A stretch of 64,000 nucleotides of DNA. It comes from Cyanidioschyzon merolae (lineage: Eukaryota). The stretch lies in the NCBI GenBank assembly GCA_000091205.1, contig AP006492.2. The stretch is one strand, 5' to 3'. This document shows, in pieces, positions 44,909 through 56,109 of the stretch (position 1 is its first letter; the number at the start of each line of letters is the position of its first letter). The translations under genes and the position numbers were made by a program. The notes under the pieces were generated by a model. The model did not search any database. It worked only from the letters and a program-made list of their open reading frames with translations, and was not told the origin of the DNA.

Positions 44909-46453
44909 CTATTTAGCTCCTTGCATCCAGCTGACAAAATTTGCAAATTCGCGCAGATGGTGCTTTTCCAGCAGTTCGGGTGTGAGGCGCAAATACGTAA
45001 AGCCGCAGAGCGTCTTTCTCGTCTCCGCCTTGCGGCCAAAAGGTAAGGATATGCCCCAGGAGGATGGTTTCGCTTGAGCGACGATCTGCTTGTACGCTTT
45101 GCGATCGTAACGCGGGAGCGCATTCTCAGCCGCGAGCGCAACGCCGTGCTTCTGGGCAGCGATGCGGACGCGATTGACGAGGCCCTCGGGACTGCATTTT
45201 CCCTCACGCTGCTCGCTATCGCGCATCTCGTAGCAGGTGAAATTCCAGATGATGCCATGTTTGCGCAGCAGTGCTGCAATCCCATCGTACATGGTCCAGG
45301 GGTCATCGGCGGTGTGATAATAGCCAGCCGTCATCTCGGCCGCGTGGCTTGGCGTTTTGAACCACCAATGGATACCGGCGACTTTGATCCCCAGGCGGAC
45401 GCGCCGATCTGCAATGTACGAATGGAAGCATTTGTTGGCAACGACTAAAACACGCTCACCATGTTCCAGTAGCTTGCTTCCGTACCACTTGAGAAAGAAG
45501 CGGCCAGCCGGTGTGGCATACAATGAGCGGAAAAACTCCGACTGATCCGGAGTGTCGCAATACGATCCGGCGGTATCGCGTGGTGGGATGCATTTGCGAA
45601 TCTCATCCTCGGAAAACTTCTGGTTTGCGAGCGCTTTCTCCAGATCTTTCATCAGAAAAGTATCATAACACTGGAACTCGCCGATTCCGGGGAATTTCCA
45701 CTTCCCGTCAGTGAGCGGATACGATGGATAACGTAGTTCGCTGGCGGGACCCATGCCAATGTGCACCTCGTGAATCACTGTACCGAAAAATTCGTCTCCA
45801 AAGTCTTTCACGAAAGCATTCATAAACTCCTCGTAACATTGAAGCGGGGAGCGCATCTCCACTTGTGCGCTGGCCGCTGGTGCTTCGGTTTCAGCCGAAG
45901 CCTGTGCGTCCGTCGCTGGTGAAGACGCATCTTGCCCAGATGCGGCCTGCTGCTCCGAGTTCGCAGCGGCGCTCTGTACTGGGAAAAGCGGTTCCTCGTC
46001 GGCCCCACACGATATGTACTCCTCGCTCATGTAGCCGTGCCGATCCATGTACAAGATCACTTTATTCTCTTTCTCTTTTAGTTCACGGGCACGTGCCAGC
46101 ACCCATTCGGGTAACCCGTAGGTAACGGAGTCGCCGACGTTCCCGCCGCACTTGTGAAAGCCCAGCACCACTTGACACTTGACGCCCAGTCGCTGGCACA
46201 TGGAAAACAGCGCTCGATAGCGATCCTCGCACCAGGTGTACTTCCGCGGCTCCTGTTCACAAAGACCCCACCAGAGATCCACCATGAACCCGGCGCACTT
46301 ACTGGCGCCAGCCACGTGCGGGATCGTCTGCTCGACTAGACGGCGACAATCGTTCTCATCCATGGTCGGGAACTCCAACGGAAGCATCACGTAGATGGGC
46401 ACGCTGTCGACAACGCGACTGAAAGATCGAAGGATGTTCCAGGTTCTTTGCAT
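44909..46453 (-). CDS. BAM: Beta-amylase (glycoside hydrolase family 14)
   Basis: The ORF top (46489) is a TTG; the first ATG is at 46453 (minus). GH14 hallmarks are present: VPIYVMLPLE, GFHKCGGNVGDSVTYGLPEWV (the HQCGGNVGD motif), YPSYP, VAGIHWWFKTPSHAAEMTAGYY and ENALPRYD. Confidence 0.85.
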   Translation of the reverse strand: MQRTWNILRSFSRVVDSVPIYVMLPLEFPTMDENDCRRLVEQTIPHVAGASKCAGFMVDLWWGLCEQEPRKYTWCEDRYRALFSMCQRLGVKCQVVLGFHKCGGNVGDSVTYGLPEWVLARARELKEKENKVILYMDRHGYMSEEYISCGADEEPLFPVQSAAANSEQQAASGQDASSPATDAQASAETEAPAASAQVEMRSPLQCYEEFMNAFVKDFGDEFFGTVIHEVHIGMGPASELRYPSYPLTDGKWKFPGIGEFQCYDTFLMKDLEKALANQKFSEDEIRKCIPPRDTAGSYCDTPDQSEFFRSLYATPAGRFFLKWYGSKLLEHGERVLVVANKCFHSYIADRRVRLGIKVAGIHWWFKTPSHAAEMTAGYYHTADDPWTMYDGIAALLRKHGIIWNFTCYEMRDSEQREGKCSPEGLVNRVRIAAQKHGVALAAENALPRYDRKAYKQIVAQAKPSSWGISLPFGRKAETRKTLCGFTYLRLTPELLEKHHLREFANFVSWMQGAK

Positions 46454-46631
46454 CTTTGGCGTTGTTTGGAAGCAGCTGTGTGTATGCAAGCGCTACGCGA
46501 CTAGAGGAGTGAGCGCGTGCTCCGCAACAACAGCAACAGCAGCAGCAGCAGTAGCAGGCAATGTTGAACGCTCGCCATGGCGCACCTGGCACGGCGCATC
46601 GAATGTGTGGTGTGCTGCGCTCGAGTTCGTG

Positions 46632-46745
46632 TCGCCATAGATTTTTTTCTTTTTTTCATGGAGAGGACGTTTACTTAGGCCAGCGTTCTCCGAGTGTGCG
46701 CATTTTTCTTTTCTTACTTTTTCTTGTGTTTTTTTTCAGTGCGAG
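46632..46745. repeat. Pyrimidine(T)-rich low-complexity tract in an otherwise GC-rich locus, upstream of the beta-amylase start
   Basis: gatttttttctttttttcatgg...cgcatttttcttttcttactttttcttgtgttttttttcagtgc lies about 180-290 bp upstream of the minus-strand beta-amylase ATG (46453). Confidence 0.7.
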
Positions 46746-48424
46746 GTGAGTGTCGCCATGGACGGCGTGCAGCAGCGATCTGGCGCAGGCTGGCGCATAA
46801 CGTTTCAGAGAGCATACGCTGCACGACTGTGGTGTTTGTACAGAACGAACGACCTATGTCAGAAGGAAACCGGCACTGTACGAATCGATGAGTTCATTTG
46901 TTGGTTGAGCGCGTGAGCAACAGCAATAGCAGCAGCTGCGGCGGCTGCGGCGGGGGCGAGAATGCGCCAGTGATCATGACGGGTACCCGGCTACGCAACA
47001 GAGCGAGAAGAATCAAGAGTGAGTTCACGAGGTATTCTATGTTTGTGTAGACGGTGCGAGAACAGTCGCAGGTATACCACAGAGTACGAGTCGACAAGAA
47101 GCAAACAGGTTGACTACGAGGCACTCGTTGAGGTCGTGGAGGCGGCACGCATAAACCCTGGTATCGCCCGGGGTATAATCGTAGTTTTGGTGTACAGCGG
47201 CGTGCAGCATCCCGCGTCCAAGTTCGAAACCGCAGCCACTGAGAACGAGATTCTGCCGAACCGCTCTACTGTGCTTGTTTCTAGACAGGTATACGTCGCC
47301 AGACGGTATGGTCCCGGAGCTCCCGTTCGAGGCGTCACAGCGATATCTGCCTGGTTTATTCCGACGGATGCTGTGGGGAAAACGTCCGTATCTACGGATC
47401 ATCATGAAGGTAACGCGGGTGTCCGGCCTGGGATCGTCTCTGTGGCTGCATTCGTGCATGCATTGATGCATGGACGCATAACGCCACAGTGCTGCGGACG
47501 TTGTGGCAACGTCACGGCACGCAACAAACGCAGGCTAGGAGTACTGCGGAGGTTCATACGTCGTCGAACAGCCACATTGCCTCGCTAGATAGGTCGATAT
47601 GACACCATCCTCTGGTCGAGGTAGGTGTCACACGGATGCAGCGAGCGCGCACTAGAACGATTGGAGTGCAGCTGCCGTGCTATGATCGATGCTGGTGCGA
47701 GCGCGCCTCGAGCTTCTGCAACCATGTCTGAGCGGATACAAAACTAGGTATGGATGCACAGGTGATGGGCGTCGCTGGCGCTGCTGTGCGGCGCGAGAGG
47801 CGGGTGCTGTTTGAGTGCGTCGGGGGCGAATCCAGATGTCAATTCACAGTAAGCAGCAATGCCGGATAGCTCGCACGCCATCGACAATGTTCACACTCTA
47901 TGTCTGTGAATGCGTCTCCCGTGTCCGGTTTAGAGGGCTCAAGCCTCGACACGACGCTCACCGGGCATGTAGGATGCTCTCCTGAATCGCTGCTAGAACT
48001 GAAACTGGTTCTGTAGCGGGCGCTGGTGCGCCAGCACTGTCTGACGGCACCGGTGCCTCGAAACAGAACCATCCGCAACGTCCAACAGCGAAGCAAACTC
48101 GTGTGTAATTTGCCTCGCTCTTGGTTTGCACCGGGAGCATCGATTTTCATGCGAGCATAGGCTAGGCTCGCCGGAGAGCGACACCGTCACTCTTTGCAAA
48201 TCGCGCATCTATAGGGGATACAGCATCGTCCATTGTGGAAAAGGGCGATCATGAGATCCGCGACTTGAAGTGCGTCCTGTGCCAAATGTTCGGAACGCGC
48301 TACCCTGTGAACGCAGCTGACGCGCCGGTGTCTCGATGTTGATGGTCACTTTAGGGCATGCCTTGTGATGACACCGCATGCGTGAAGCACCGAGAGAATG
48401 CTAGTGTGCGAGCATACAAGCCGC

Positions 48425-49027
48425 CTAGTCTTCGCGCTCGGTAGGTCCGGTTTCGGGGAGCGTCCCTCGGAAGGGATTTTCCTGTTTCCGGTACGTGTCA
48501 TAGACAGCAATCCCCGCAGGGTGGCGCGACTCGAACTCTTCGATGAACATTTCCAGCCCGCTAACCGGAGCCAAAGCACCTACAACACCACGAGGTATCC
48601 GATGACGAGCCGGCGGCGGCGGCGGCGCCCGTACACTTCGAGGAGGAGCCATACCGCGCTCCGTCGCTAGGGAGCAAGTCAGTGACTCTGCAGCGGTTCG
48701 ACGCACACTCGTGATGCGCAGGATCTGTTCGTCTAAGCGGAGCTGGTGCTGGACTTGCGGTAGCGCCTGCGGAAAAAGAAAAGCTCCGCACTCTACAAAG
48801 CTAGCAGCAACGTGCTTCTCCCGCGTCGGGCCTCGAAGTTTCTGGGGTAAGGGCCTTGCCGCCGCCTCGTACAGTCCAGCGGGTGTGAACGCCGACGGCA
48901 GTGCACGCAAGCGAGTCACAATGCCGCCCGCATCCATAAAACGAAGCACAATCCTTTTCAGTAGCTCATGAAGCTCTCCTCGCCCCAGACGTGAATCAAT
49001 CAACATAAGCGTTTCATAGTACGGCAT
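48425..49027 (-). CDS. Possible organellar ribosomal protein bS6-like (200 aa), weak
   Basis: ATG at 49027 (minus) confirmed. The N-terminus MPYYETLMLIDSRLGRGELHELLKRIVLRFMDAGGIVTRL follows the S6 pattern (M-x-YE-...-GG-I). The remainder is divergent and proline-rich. Confidence 0.35.
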   Translation of the reverse strand: MPYYETLMLIDSRLGRGELHELLKRIVLRFMDAGGIVTRLRALPSAFTPAGLYEAAARPLPQKLRGPTREKHVAASFVECGAFLFPQALPQVQHQLRLDEQILRITSVRRTAAESLTCSLATERGMAPPRSVRAPPPPPARHRIPRGVVGALAPVSGLEMFIEEFESRHPAGIAVYDTYRKQENPFRGTLPETGPTERED

Positions 49028-49334
49028 GGAGGAGGTGTGTCACCGAGTTCGCAGCACCAATTCGCGACTTGATGCTTCTGTTACGACGACGCCACGACGC
49101 GTTTCAACTGCTTGCCGCTGTAAGTGCTGCTGTGGAAATGCTCTGGGTAACCAGAATATAGACCCCGGAGCCTCTTCAGAAGCGTTCCGCTGAACGCAGC
49201 GAGCACACCCCTGCAGTACAGTGTAGTGCAGCGGCACAGACGGGAGAGCGATACCGCGCAGGGCGCCTGGCGGTACGTGGCGCGCCTCTGCGTACTGTAG
49301 GCACCGGTGCAGCGTTCGCTGCTCCAGGTCGAAC

Positions 49335-51959
49335 ATGGACCCGCTCTGCAGCGAATGGAACGGGAATAATAGCATGGATTTTCTGAAAAACTTGACCAAG
49401 GAGCAGTCGGTTGTGGTCCGGGCGCCATTGGAGCGCTCTCTACTCATTGCTGCGAGCCCAGGAGCCGGCAAGACGCATACGCTCTTGAGTCGGTTGGCGT
49501 TTCTTCTCTTGAGCGGAAAGCTGGAACCTGGGGAATTTGTTTTCTTCACTTTCAGCCGTGCTGGAATCGAAGAGGCTAGGAGTCGCCTTGAGAAGCACGC
49601 AGCTATCGAACCGCTCGTTAGAAGTGCACGAACGACGTTTCAGCAGGCGTTCCAGACGCTGCACAGCTTCGGTAGGCGGCTCGTGGAAAGCACCGCGGCA
49701 CCCGTTCTCGAGCGTACCTGCCAACGGCGAACGTTCATGAACGTCATATCGCAAACGCAAAAGCGGGCGATACTGCGCGAGGCAATAGAGCGTTATCGCC
49801 AAAGGCTCCAGACGAACTGGGATCGACTTCCGTCCTGCACCCAGCCCCTGTTTCATCAACTTGAGCTCAGCGCACTGGAGAGCGACGATGCCGGCGCCGA
49901 AATGGCGAAAGGTGCCAAGTCATCGGACGACCGTCTGGTAAAAGAGATTTCCGTTCAAATCGCTGAACGCAAAGCGAGGTTCATCTCGCCACCGACATTG
50001 GAACAAGTCGATAGCGCTGCGTTCCAGTGGCCTCTGCTCGACTTTGTGTACGCCCTGTACGAGTGCTGGTTGCAGCATCTGAACTGCATCGATTTCGACG
50101 ATATGATCGTTATGGCTGTACGCATCCTGGAGACGCAAGCAAATCCGCCGCATCTATTCCCGCGAGGCCTGCGCCTCATCCTCATTGATGAATTTCAGGA
50201 CACGAGCGCGAGCCAGTTGCGTCTGGTGCGTGCGCTCGCCAAACGCTACGCTTGCACTGTCTGTGCTGCTGGCGACGACGACCAGTGCATCTACGAGTGG
50301 CGACAAGCCCGGCCTCAGTTTATGACAGAATTTACGCGCTTTTTCCCCGATGCAGCAGTCATGTTCCTGCGGGAGAGCATTCGCTGTCCCGTGAATATCG
50401 CCTGTTGCGCAAATGCGTTGATCCAGCACAATACGCGTCGGCTCTGCAAGAGCATTGAACCGCTACCCGGATACGAGCAACTGCGGGTACGGATTATTCT
50501 GGGGCGTTGCGTTGAAGATGAGGTTGCGTATCTTGGACAGGAGCTTGTAAGATTGCACACGGAAAACGGGGTTGCCTGGAAGGATATGGCAGTGTTATGC
50601 CGCGTTGCACAGCCACTGGAGACGCTCCGCAAGTTGCTCCGCGAGCGCGACATCCCCTATGCTGGTGCCGAGCAGTCCAAGACAGTAGCTCGTAATCCGC
50701 AAAATGAGTACGGCATTCGCATGCCCGCGAGCAACCTCGATCATGCCTGGCGAGAAACGCTCATTCTGGCCAGTCCTTTGGTTAGTATGATCACGCTTCT
50801 GGTGAACGAGTACGATTTGCATTCGCTCGATGACGCCTGCAAGGCCTATGCGCCTTCTATGCATGCGCTCACCAGGACGTGCGTAATCGATGAGGCTCGC
50901 AAGCGCCGCAACATGCCGTTGATGCGGGTTGTGCAGTACATGGTCGAGAACGCCCAGGAATTCTTCGAGGGCGTCCCTGATCGCAATACGATGCCCATCA
51001 ACGTATCGCAGAACGCCAAAGCGAACTTTGTGCAAGCATCTGTCGCGCCTGGCAGGCTCGCGCCGGGTTTCAAACGTGTGTCGGAACCTGCACCCGATGC
51101 ATATCGTCCAAAACTCAGTCAGGGTCAGTGGAAAGCGTGCCGCGTGCTTCTCGCGGCATACGAGCGGCTGCTCGTCATTGCACGGGATCTGGGTCCCGAA
51201 ATCCGACTCGAGCGCATGCTGGAGGTCGCTCTGGAATTGCTGCCTGCTTCCGCTCCACAACATGGATGGAGCATTACGAACGATACGCGTCGCCTTCTTC
51301 GGCATCTTGCTCATCATGTCGATGAAGAAGCCCGTACCCGATGGGAATGGGCTTCAGGAGCTGCAGCGCTCCCGTCTCCGTCTCCATCTGCTGGGCCTGA
51401 TGCCGGTATATCCAACAATTACGGGACGGACGAGGAGCAACGGTGTTCGTTGCAGCCTGCCGCCGACTCGAGCAGCAAGCTACTCTACGGTGCACTCGCA
51501 AGGCGAAGACGGTGCACGCCCTTGGCACGGAACGAGTTGGGCATTCGATCGAGTGCCAGTCATCACGAAAAGGACTCGTGGCGCAAGCCTCTGCGTCAGC
51601 TACTGCTCTGTCTGCAGGATGCATGGCAGGAAGGCACTCGTGCATTCGCCCATGCTCGTCGCAAAGTGCCGCTAGATGCAGTCGCTGTATCTACGATACA
51701 CAACGCCAAAGGCAGAGAGTGGCCTTTTGTATTCATTTTGCGTGCGGTCCAGGGATCGTGCCCGTTGCTCTACCCGGAAGTCGATCTGGAGGAAGAGCGA
51801 CGCGTGTTCTACGTCGGGTTGACGCGGGCCCGCCAACAGTGCACGATCCTCGCGAGCGAACCGCAGACAGGCAAGCAGCAAGATCCGCAGCAGCAGCCAT
51901 CTATATTCCTCGATGAGCTCTCTGCGCCTCACTGCGAGCGGATACAATGGCGTCCAGTT

Positions 51960-51995
<36 letters not shown>

Positions 51996-52088
51996 GCCCG
52001 AAAAAGAGCAACTCCCGCCGGGCACGCGTCAGCGAAACGAGAACGGATCGCGGGTGCCTCGATACCTTCAGCACCAAAGAAGCCCTGA
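49335..52088 (+). CDS. UvrD/Rep/PcrA-family (SF1A) DNA helicase, eukaryotic Srs2/FBH1-like
   Basis: ATG at 49335 confirmed. SF1 motifs appear in order: I SPGAGKTHTL, Ia FTFSRAG, II LILIDEFQDTS, III AAGDDDQCIYEWRQA, V VSTIHNAKGREWPFVFIL, VI FYVGLTRARQQCTIL. The C-terminus has a poly-Q tract (11 Q) and a basic tail. Confidence 0.85.
51960..51992 (+). repeat. (CAG)11 microsatellite encoding poly-Gln near the C-terminus of the UvrD-family helicase
   Basis: A perfect CAG run; the protein reads VQQQQQQQQQQQRARK. Confidence 0.9.
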
Positions 52089-52343
52089 ACCGAACAGTTG
52101 CTTCCTCGAGCGGTGCACGCAGCACACCTAGCATTGCTGCGGCTGAAATGTACTCGTTCGACATCACCGAATATGCCATCAGAATGCATGCACTGTGTAG
52201 ACGCATCTTTTTGGGATCATGTGCGTATCTCGGGGATCGTGATTGCCACCCAGGGAACGCGTAGAGCAGCCCCAAATAGCTTCGGAAATCAACGAGCAAT
52301 GCAGATGCGCTCAAACCTGAATCCGGTCAGTGATGCGGAAAGA

Positions 52344-53735
52344 TCAAGCTCTCACCAAGTCCAAGAGAAATTGTGCCAGCGGAATCTTGGATTCCTCCGT
52401 GATCAGGTGTGCCCCGGTGAGCTCAATTGCAGGGATACCGAGCGCTTCTGCGAACGCTCGACACGCACGAGGTCGAGTAAGCGGATCATCACGGCCATAG
52501 AGGAGCATCGCTTTCTCTGGAATCCGCACGCGCAGTCGCTCCAAGTCCGCTCGCGTCAGTCGATAGACTTGAACTGCATGCAACTGGCCCAATGAACCAT
52601 ATGCGTTCAGCGGGTCAGCGTTTCTCCCTGAGGAATGCCGAACGTCGGCGATCTCATCCCAGGCTCTAAAACGCTCGAGTGATTCGGCAGTGTAGTTGAA
52701 GAGGTACCATTCGTGCCGGCGAATCGGGCGCGAGTACCGCTTCTTGGGCAAAGCGGATGCCGTCGCAGTCGCAGTTTCCGCACTGCGTCGAATGTGGTGC
52801 AACTCTCCAGCGCTTGGATCGGTCCGTGGAGCATGAAGCAGCGAGCGCTGCGCTGCAGGTTCAAGCGGACTCGCCAGAAACGCGTCACTGAAATGAAGAC
52901 TCAAATCGATAGCCGCACGCTGGGTCAGCAGCCTTAGGCGCTTACGTTCATTCTGCAGCGCCGTCGTGGAGATCGTTGCCGCTCGGATCCACCATAGCCA
53001 GTAGCGAACTGAGGCTCGCACTGCCCGTGCGCTTGGCGGAAACCAGTCCCGAAACCTTCCCTGATGCATGGACAAGAACATGATACCAGACACTTCGAGA
53101 GGCGGGCTTGTCAAAAGCAGATGGCACAAGATCGCGCTCCCGAGCGAGTGCCCTACCAGAAACAGTCGAATGGACGTATTTGCATGAGTCGAATCCAAGG
53201 CCTTCGTGGCTCCAAGCACCTGCTCGAGAACATAGCGCGCATCGTCTGCCAGCGCCTGAGCCGTCCATAACGAAAGGTTCGCTTTTCTCTCTCGAGCACG
53301 CACACAGCGACATATAGGTGCTGGTGGCGGGTACAACTCCGAACCACCAGTGCCGCGATTATCTATCAAGCAAACGAGAGTGCGCCCAACGGAAGTACGG
53401 TTCCCGTTACAGCGCTCAGAGAGCAGCTCGACAAGCGAGAGCCACATGGTATGCGACGCGCCCACGCCTGGCACGAAAGCTACCACACTAGTGGCCGGCG
53501 GTTTTCCGGAATCGACCGCACACTCCGACCAGTTACCGATTTTCACTATGCAAGCGGAGAGGCGGTACGGATCTGGCGGTACGCGCTCCTGGGGCAAACT
53601 CTGCAAACACGTGTCGTTCGAAGCGCCAGAAGCACAAGCTCCGCGTCCTATTTGCCGTCGATAAAATCGGACACAAGCCGGTCCTTGCAAATTATCTATC
53701 CATTTTCCGAGACGTTTCGCTTCCAAATATTCCAT
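52344..53735 (-). CDS. Alpha/beta-hydrolase fold protein (GxSxG nucleophile elbow)
   Basis: ATG at 53735 (minus) confirmed. Order of elements is typical of an AB hydrolase: VVAFVPGVGASHTMW (HG-like), DNRGTGGS, the nucleophile motif LFLVGHSLGSAI, and a C-terminal GAHLITEE carrying the His. Confidence 0.6.
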   Translation of the reverse strand: MEYLEAKRLGKWIDNLQGPACVRFYRRQIGRGACASGASNDTCLQSLPQERVPPDPYRLSACIVKIGNWSECAVDSGKPPATSVVAFVPGVGASHTMWLSLVELLSERCNGNRTSVGRTLVCLIDNRGTGGSELYPPPAPICRCVRARERKANLSLWTAQALADDARYVLEQVLGATKALDSTHANTSIRLFLVGHSLGSAILCHLLLTSPPLEVSGIMFLSMHQGRFRDWFPPSARAVRASVRYWLWWIRAATISTTALQNERKRLRLLTQRAAIDLSLHFSDAFLASPLEPAAQRSLLHAPRTDPSAGELHHIRRSAETATATASALPKKRYSRPIRRHEWYLFNYTAESLERFRAWDEIADVRHSSGRNADPLNAYGSLGQLHAVQVYRLTRADLERLRVRIPEKAMLLYGRDDPLTRPRACRAFAEALGIPAIELTGAHLITEESKIPLAQFLLDLVRA

Positions 53736-55440
53736 TTACGGGACAGAATAACCAAGCATTCTGGCTCAGCTTGGGACAAAGTCGGAGCCCAGCGCGTAGC
53801 GACGTGCGCGACCTCAGCGATGCACCTGGCGATCTCGGTGGTTAGCGTCTTTCTACTCAGATTCCTTTCAGGTTTGCTGCGGTGTATCGTACGAGGTCGA
53901 GGTCACGACGAAATGTATTGTATAGATTGTAGGTGAATTGCCTGTAGGATATATGCTTGCCTGAAGCGTGAAAAGAGAACTGCATTCCGGCCTCAGGTAA
54001 GTGATACCATTGTACTCAGATGGTTGAGGAACACGGAAAGAAAGACGTGGATGCGCTTTGAGCCATTAACCGATACGCTTAAAGACTGCAGGCGTTCAAT
54101 GGTAGAAAACGACGCCTTAATGACCTTAGGGGAAGCAAAATTGACGATGATAGTCGCTACGGGCGTCCTTGTGTCTCAACAGCTTGCTCATGTCGTGGTG
54201 ATCATACTGGGATCCAGGCGCCAAAAAGAGAAGAGTTCTGGTACACGCACGACCATTTTCTTCCCAAGTCGGAACGATAATGTTACTGCGACGTCGCGAT
54301 CGATATAAAGCACAGGGTCGTGGATTCCTTTTTGTTTTTCAATCTACGGCACTTGCTTCCCACGAAACCGTCGAGGTACATAGGGGTATTCGCGGAGCAG
54401 GGCGCTCGTTGGCCGTACGATCGAATTCGAAGAGACCGAGGACACCGTCCTCTAATCTATCTGCAGTGGATTCATTCCACGGCGTCAGTTTCTCTCGCAG
54501 GGAAGGCGCATACAATCGCACCCGCTTTGTCGTACTATTGAAGACTTTTCCCTGTCGTCTGGTGACGTTTTCTGTTCGAAAATGTGGTATTTCACCATTC
54601 ATCTTGCGTTTCGGCTTTTGCGGATTCTGCCGGGGTAGGGCTGCTTTTCATTCCTCTGTACGCTCCGAGATTCAACTCCGTCAAAGGAATGTTTTCCATC
54701 TTGATGCGTAGTGGACGCTCCCCTGGCCGAATTGCTCAAGCGTTCAGCACACGGTGACACACGCGGGCACCGCGACACATTTCGTCTTTTTTCAGTAGTC
54801 CTTCTACGTCCGGGGCCGTCCTCATCTAAGGGCATAAAGCAGTGTGTCCAACTAAAGTATTAAAAAATCCAAGGGATGAGCTACGGTGCACACTTCAGAA
54901 CGTCGAGATGGAGACGAGGCAGCGGATCGCCTCGGTGACAGCACAGATCAGAGAGCTGACAGCGCAGCAAATCGCACAGGCAGCACCAGTTCGATGCCTC
55001 CATGAATTGCCCAGATCAACCAGAGGCAATAAATCCATGGAGTTTTAGTACCGAGACTTGGAGGCCTCCACAAGTATCCGACGGTGTGCGGTGCTAAAGA
55101 AAAGACACGCAGAGCTGACAAGCGGAATTTTCGTAGGGCAGCCTCTCAGGCTCGAGGGATACGAGGCCGAAGCTGAACCCCGTCGCAGAAGGCGGGTCTA
55201 AAAATGCTTGGAGATGCCTCCAAGAAGGTGTATACATAAGCGCTACTGTCGTGCGACTTTTTTCTTTGCTTTATCAGTCGTGTGTAGAAGGCAGTCGGGT
55301 CGCTGCATCTCGCCGGTGTCTCGCGCGATTGCTCGCGGCTTTCTGTGGCACGGACGGGCGCTGTGGCGGGCCGCGGAATCCCCAATGGAAATTTGAATTT
55401 TTCCTTCGATTTCTCCTGGAACGTGCTGCTTCCAGAGATC

Positions 55441-56109
55441 ATGAAGCGCGTAAAGTGTGTTCTTATTGGTGATGGGGGTGTAGGGAAGACTTCGCTTGCG
55501 ACTAGGTTCGCGCTGGGCGAGTTTCCGGACTCGTACCTGCCGACTACCTTTGACTCGCACACTGCGGTGCGTCGGCTTGGCACCGGTGCGCTGGTGGAGA
55601 TCAACATCTGGGACTGCGCTGGTCAAAAAGAGTTCGACGAAGTGCGACAATACGTTTATCATCCCGGTTTGGATGTGTTTATTTTATGCTTTTCCCTTGT
55701 GGACCGTCGCACGTTCGAGCACTGCGCGCAGCGATGGCTCGCTGAGATGCGCGACTTTGACCCAGAGGTGCCGTTCGTCTTGATCGGAACCAAAGCGGAT
55801 CTCCGAGATCAATCTGTTTTGCAGGGCTCTTCGGCGATCGCTCGCATTGTGCTGACTGAAGAAGGTGTTCGTTTTGCACGACGAATAGGTGCCGCTGCGT
55901 ACGTGGAAGTCTCTTCTCGCACGGGAACGAACGTCGAGCGCGCATTCCGCGCTGCCGCCAAAGCAGCGCTCTCTACGAGTCATGAGGAATCCTTTGGCGA
56001 CAGCGATGAGCCTTTGGCGAGTGCAAACGGCAAGTTGCAAGGTAAACGAGAGCGAAATGAGGCTGCCGCCTCCGATCAAGGTGGCTGTTGCGGGTGCTGC
56101 GTGCAGTGA
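55441..56109 (+). CDS. Rho-family small GTPase (divergent), with a C-terminal CCGCCVQ lipidation motif
   Basis: The ORF top (55345) is a GTG; the first ATG is at 55441. G1 is KCVLIGDGGVGKTSL. Other Rho-type motifs: YLPTTFDSH, IWDCAGQKEFDEVR, DVFILCFSLVDRRTFEHCAQRWLAEMRDF, and IGTKADLRDQ (the TKxDLRD Rho signature). The C-terminus is cysteine-rich. Confidence 0.8.
   Translation: MKRVKCVLIGDGGVGKTSLATRFALGEFPDSYLPTTFDSHTAVRRLGTGALVEINIWDCAGQKEFDEVRQYVYHPGLDVFILCFSLVDRRTFEHCAQRWLAEMRDFDPEVPFVLIGTKADLRDQSVLQGSSAIARIVLTEEGVRFARRIGAAAYVEVSSRTGTNVERAFRAAAKAALSTSHEESFGDSDEPLASANGKLQGKRERNEAAASDQGGCCGCCVQ

Noticed and set aside
47019-47588. 189-aa ORF downstream of the beta-amylase promoter region
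   Set aside because: The first codon is GTG (47019-47021) and there is no in-frame ATG until near the C-terminus. No homology was found, so it is likely a non-coding intergenic or UTR sequence.
49040-49549. 169-aa minus-strand ORF overlapping the 5' end of the UvrD-family helicase gene
   Set aside because: It overlaps a well-supported helicase CDS on the opposite strand and has no homology, so it is most likely a GC-driven spurious ORF.
53815-53845. 5S-rRNA-like fragment (gatctcggtggttagc)
   Set aside because: It resembles GATCTCGGAAGTTAAGC only over a few bases. No other 5S blocks, such as the GGGAATACC region, are nearby.
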